Assembly (NCBI GenBank): GCA_045659905.1
Contig: JAZRCT010000040.1
Span: 2,003-66,002 of the forward strand
DNA: 64,000 bases
Source of the DNA: Eubacteriales bacterium
GTDB taxonomy: Bacteria > Bacillota > Clostridia > Oscillospirales > CAG-272
Reading direction: 5' to 3'
Program-made: the position numbers and the translations under genes
In this document: positions 60,994 to 64,000 of the stretch, one piece after another
Layout of the letters: the number at the start of each line of letters is the position of its first letter
Numbering within the stretch: position 1 is the stretch's first letter
Notes under the pieces: model-generated
Databases searched by the model: none
What the model was told of the DNA's origin: nothing
What the model saw: only the letters and a program-made list of their open reading frames with translations

Positions 60994-63102
60994 TCAGACG
61001 CTGAGAATCTTAATCACTATTACCGACATATCGTCCCTTTTTTGGTTGTGGCGCTTGGCAAGCTCTACTATCCTCTCGGCAACCGTGGAGGGTGTATCGT
61101 TTGCTCCGCAAAGATATTCTATCAGCCAGGGGGCGTCGGCGTCCTCACCGACTATTCCGTCGGAGAGCATAATCACGGTATCGTCGGGCCTCACCTCCGC
61201 CTTGATGCTTTCGGCGTCTATGCTGGGCAGGACGCCTATCGGCATAGTATCGCTTTTGATTCTGAATACCGAGGAATCCCTCTTTATATAAGATGCCGCC
61301 GCTCCCGCCTTGAAGAATCTGCACTCACCGGTGATTTTATCAAAGGAAAAGAGGTCGAGAGTTGCGGCGCATTCCTCGCCCTTGCGGCGAATCAGGCTGT
61401 TAAGAAGATACATTGCCGATTTTCCCTGCGAGGGAAGCTCCTTCAACGCAATCAGCACCTCGCTGGCGAAGGCAGAGGTAGCGCCTGCGCACGCACCGCT
61501 TCCCATTCCGTCTGAAATAAGAGCGTATGAAATACCGCGCTCGGCAGAGAACACCGCCACCGTATCTCCCGAAACCTCCTCACCGTCTGCCGTAAACGAC
61601 GCCTTACCGACCGACAGCCTGTATCTTTCGCAGGCGTGACATTCCATAAGCGCCATTTCACCCCGCCTGAAGAAGTGCGGCGGAGAAAGCTTTATCCCAA
61701 GCGCCCCCTCAAGTCTTGAGTGAAGCTCGCCCGAGCTGATTTTACTGCCGTCCTTATCTCTGGTGGCGAGTATCAGATATTTTTCACGCTCGCCAAATAC
61801 CTTTACCGTTCCCTCGGTAAAGCCGAAGCCGAAGAATTCCTCCTCCGCCTTCAGGGTAAGCTCCTCGTCAAGCTCACGCTCGTCGAGTGAGTATTCGTTT
61901 TCCTCGGAAATGAGGCGGGAAATCATAGTTATATCCTCGGAGACACTGTATTCGCTTCTGCCGACGAAGCGCTCTGAGAGCCTTGAAATTTCAAGGAGCG
62001 CCTTTTCTATATTCTCGGTGACGGGTGCTTTTCTCAATCGGTAGGAGAGCGCCATAGTTCCGACCATATCCTGAGAGGCACGAAGACAGTTGCCGCTCTC
62101 GCCGTCCCCCCTTTCACATTCAAGATGCTTGAATAGGGGGTAGCACAAAAGCGTTCCTATCAGGCACTCGGGCAAAAGCGACAAAAGCCCCGTCAGCCCC
62201 TCGGCGTATACAGCGAAAGCACTGAGCGCCACCACTCCCGACGAAAGCGCAAAGAGCGCACCAAAGGGGAAAAGTGCGCCTGCGGCAAGCCCCAGCAGGG
62301 CAAAGGACACCGAAAAGAGAGCCGAAATTCCTACCGACGAGAAAAATCCGAGCGTCAGGGCGTATACCGCTCCGAAGCGCTTTGCTGCAAAGAGCGTCGC
62401 CGCCACGGCGAAGATATACGAAAGGTCAATCCCGAAGAAGGAATATTTGGCGAGGGAAACCGAAATAAAAAACGCAAAGACCAACGCCGAAATGCAAAGC
62501 AGCACGAGGTCGAATTTTTCCTTACCCTGCCTCTTTGCCGTGAATATCTCCGTACCTCCGAGCAAAAGCTCCTCGGCTGAAAGCTCGGTATCGAAAAGTG
62601 CGGCGAGGGCAGGCGTTATAAGCACGGGAAGCAGAAGCGAGCTTGCGCCGAAAAGAAGCGAGGTGAGGCTTATGCCCGAAAGGAGAATTTCATATACGCC
62701 GATAATAAATCCGCACACGGCGGCAGACGCCACACGCAAAATGATGCTCTCCTTGAACATAGCAGACGGTGCGCTCGAACGAGTGCGGCCGCCGCCTATA
62801 ACCACCCGAAGAAATACCGCAAGCGTTGCTGCAAGCGCAAATACGACACCACCTCCCCTGAGCGTAAGCGAGCCTGCTATAACTCCCGCAAGAGCGAAGA
62901 ACACTCCCGAGGGAAGCGCCGAGACCAGAGCAAGCCCCAAGGGATACGCACCGAATACGGTATGACAGCCGCCGAAAAGAAAGCCTACCGCCACCGCTCC
63001 TATATTCAGCGCAAGCTTGATAAGCGACGAGCGTCTTTGTACGGGCGCTTTTATATCCTTCTCGGATTTCGCTAATTTTCTTCTGCTTTTGCTTTCGTTC
63101 AT
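60994..63102 (-). CDS. spoIIE: stage II sporulation protein E (membrane PP2C phosphatase)
   Basis: 702 aa; ~10 N-terminal TM segments and a C-terminal PP2C domain with LISDGMGSG and MLSDGI motifs. Confidence 0.92.
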   Translation of the reverse strand: MNESKSRRKLAKSEKDIKAPVQRRSSLIKLALNIGAVAVGFLFGGCHTVFGAYPLGLALVSALPSGVFFALAGVIAGSLTLRGGGVVFALAATLAVFLRVVIGGGRTRSSAPSAMFKESIILRVASAAVCGFIIGVYEILLSGISLTSLLFGASSLLLPVLITPALAALFDTELSAEELLLGGTEIFTAKRQGKEKFDLVLLCISALVFAFFISVSLAKYSFFGIDLSYIFAVAATLFAAKRFGAVYALTLGFFSSVGISALFSVSFALLGLAAGALFPFGALFALSSGVVALSAFAVYAEGLTGLLSLLPECLIGTLLCYPLFKHLECERGDGESGNCLRASQDMVGTMALSYRLRKAPVTENIEKALLEISRLSERFVGRSEYSVSEDITMISRLISEENEYSLDERELDEELTLKAEEEFFGFGFTEGTVKVFGEREKYLILATRDKDGSKISSGELHSRLEGALGIKLSPPHFFRRGEMALMECHACERYRLSVGKASFTADGEEVSGDTVAVFSAERGISYALISDGMGSGACAGATSAFASEVLIALKELPSQGKSAMYLLNSLIRRKGEECAATLDLFSFDKITGECRFFKAGAAASYIKRDSSVFRIKSDTMPIGVLPSIDAESIKAEVRPDDTVIMLSDGIVGEDADAPWLIEYLCGANDTPSTVAERIVELAKRHNQKRDDMSVIVIKILSV

Positions 63103-63221
63103 TTTTTAACTTCCTCTCTATAAAAACCGCTATATGACAAAAAATATTTGCATAAAATCCTGATTTTAGTCAAAAATTAAAGCTTATTACCTACATTATA
63201 TACATAGGTAAAAGCGAAAGC

Positions 63222-63242
63222 TGTCGTAAGCCGGCTGTCGAA
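63222..63242. promoter_or_regulatory. two Spo0A-box-like heptamers (TGTCGTA, TGTCGAA) upstream of spoIIE
   Basis: At 63222-63228 and 63236-63242. On the minus strand TTCGACA-gccggc-TTACGACA lies ~20 nt upstream of a TATAAT (about 63199-63204). Confidence 0.45.
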
Positions 63243-63335
63243 AAAAAGCCGTTAAAAATAAAAAAGGACGCCCACCGCCGAGAGTAGGCGATAAGCGTCG
63301 CTTTATTTTAGAATTTGCGAAAAGTATATTGAATA

Positions 63336-64000
63336 TTAGTTCCTCAAGGAATGAATGGGAGCAGGGATTCTGCCGCCTCGGTTGATAAAGTCGGCGCAGC
63401 CCTCCTTGTGGGTTGGCATAATCGGCGCATAGCCGAGAAGTCCGCCAAACTCGGCGCTCTCGCCGACACCCTTGCCGTATACGGGTATTACTCTTACGGC
63501 TGTCGTCTTGTTGTTTATCACGCCTATCGATATCTCGTCGGCAATGATGCCCGAAATCGTAGTAGCGGGCGTGTCACCGGGGACTGCGAACATATCAAGT
63601 CCTACCGAGCATACCGCCGTCATAGCCTCAAGCTTGTCAATGCAAAGCACGCCTCTTTCGGCTGCGGCAATCATACCTCTGTCCTCGGATACGGGAATGA
63701 AGGCTCCCGAAAGACCTCCGACGTGGTTGGTCGCCATAACGCCGCCCTTCTTCACAGCATCGTTGAGCAGTGCAAGCGCCGCCGTCGTGCCGTGAGTGCC
63801 TGCCATATCAAGTCCCATATTTTCAAGAATCTCCGCAACCGAGTCGCCTGCTGCGGGGGTGGGAGCTAAGGAAAGGTCTACTATTCCGTAGGGTGCGCCG
63901 AGCCTCGACGCCGCCTCTGCGGCTATAAGCTGACCTACTCTCGTGATTTTGAAGGCAATCTTTTTTACGGTCTCAGCAAGCACCGAGAAATTGCAGTCAC
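63336..64000 (-). CDS. UPF0210/DUF711 (PFL-like) family protein, C-terminal ~221 codons; 5' end outside the window
   Basis: The frame stays open upstream of the ORF-track GTG at 63983 (..[13 protein letters not shown]). [22 protein letters not shown] and [13 protein letters not shown] match my recollection of this family. Confidence 0.8.
   Translation of the reverse strand, partial: DCNFSVLAETVKKIAFKITRVGQLIAAEAASRLGAPYGIVDLSLAPTPAAGDSVAEILENMGLDMAGTHGTTAALALLNDAVKKGGVMATNHVGGLSGAFIPVSEDRGMIAAAERGVLCIDKLEAMTAVCSVGLDMFAVPGDTPATTISGIIADEISIGVINNKTTAVRVIPVYGKGVGESAEFGGLLGYAPIMPTHKEGCADFINRGGRIPAPIHSLRN

Overview
This is an origin-proximal chromosomal segment of an endospore-forming Firmicute, probably a Clostridia-class organism (spoVAC/AD/AE and spoIIE are present; my impression is about 50% GC). 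All calls rest on reading the sequence and the ORF track; no searches were run.

Four blocks make up the window.

(1) 1-12.3 kb is an accessory-looking block. It holds two giant secreted proteins on the minus strand. They carry different esterase heads (a SASA/GQSN-type esterase and a GxSxG alpha/beta-hydrolase) fused to the same ~300-aa repeat module. The second gene (~2783 codons) is split by a single in-frame TAG at 9107-9109. A 42-aa ORF lies between the two genes.

(2) ~13.7-17.1 kb is a 3.4-kb stretch with no credible gene. It is built from successive short tandem-repeat blocks with periods of 21, 12, ~30 and 21 bp, plus helically phased A/T tracts. Two perfect parS sites sit in the middle, and a consensus promoter with parA-parB follows.

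(3) 21-35 kb holds rnj, gyrA, gyrB, remB, recF, dnaN, dnaA and spoVAC-AD-AE, all on the minus strand.

(4) 38-60.6 kb is a minus-strand amino-acid supercluster:
- ilvA, a DUF815 ATPase, leuB, leuD, leuC, ilvD, ilvC, ilvN, ilvB, leuA
- ilvE, then yerC-hisZGDCBHAF(IE)J
- followed by spoIIE and a partial UPF0210 gene

The most unusual features:
- The parS-containing repeat mosaic or gene desert.
- A recurrent family of intergenic arrays in which short hairpins (5-7 bp stem, 2-4 nt loop) of differing sequence alternate with a conserved linker. The linker is AATATCACT in three loci; CTTCA or ATGAAAT variants occur elsewhere.
- The TAG-interrupted giant gene and its paralogous module family.

I found no cas genes, transposases, integrases, tRNAs or rRNAs.
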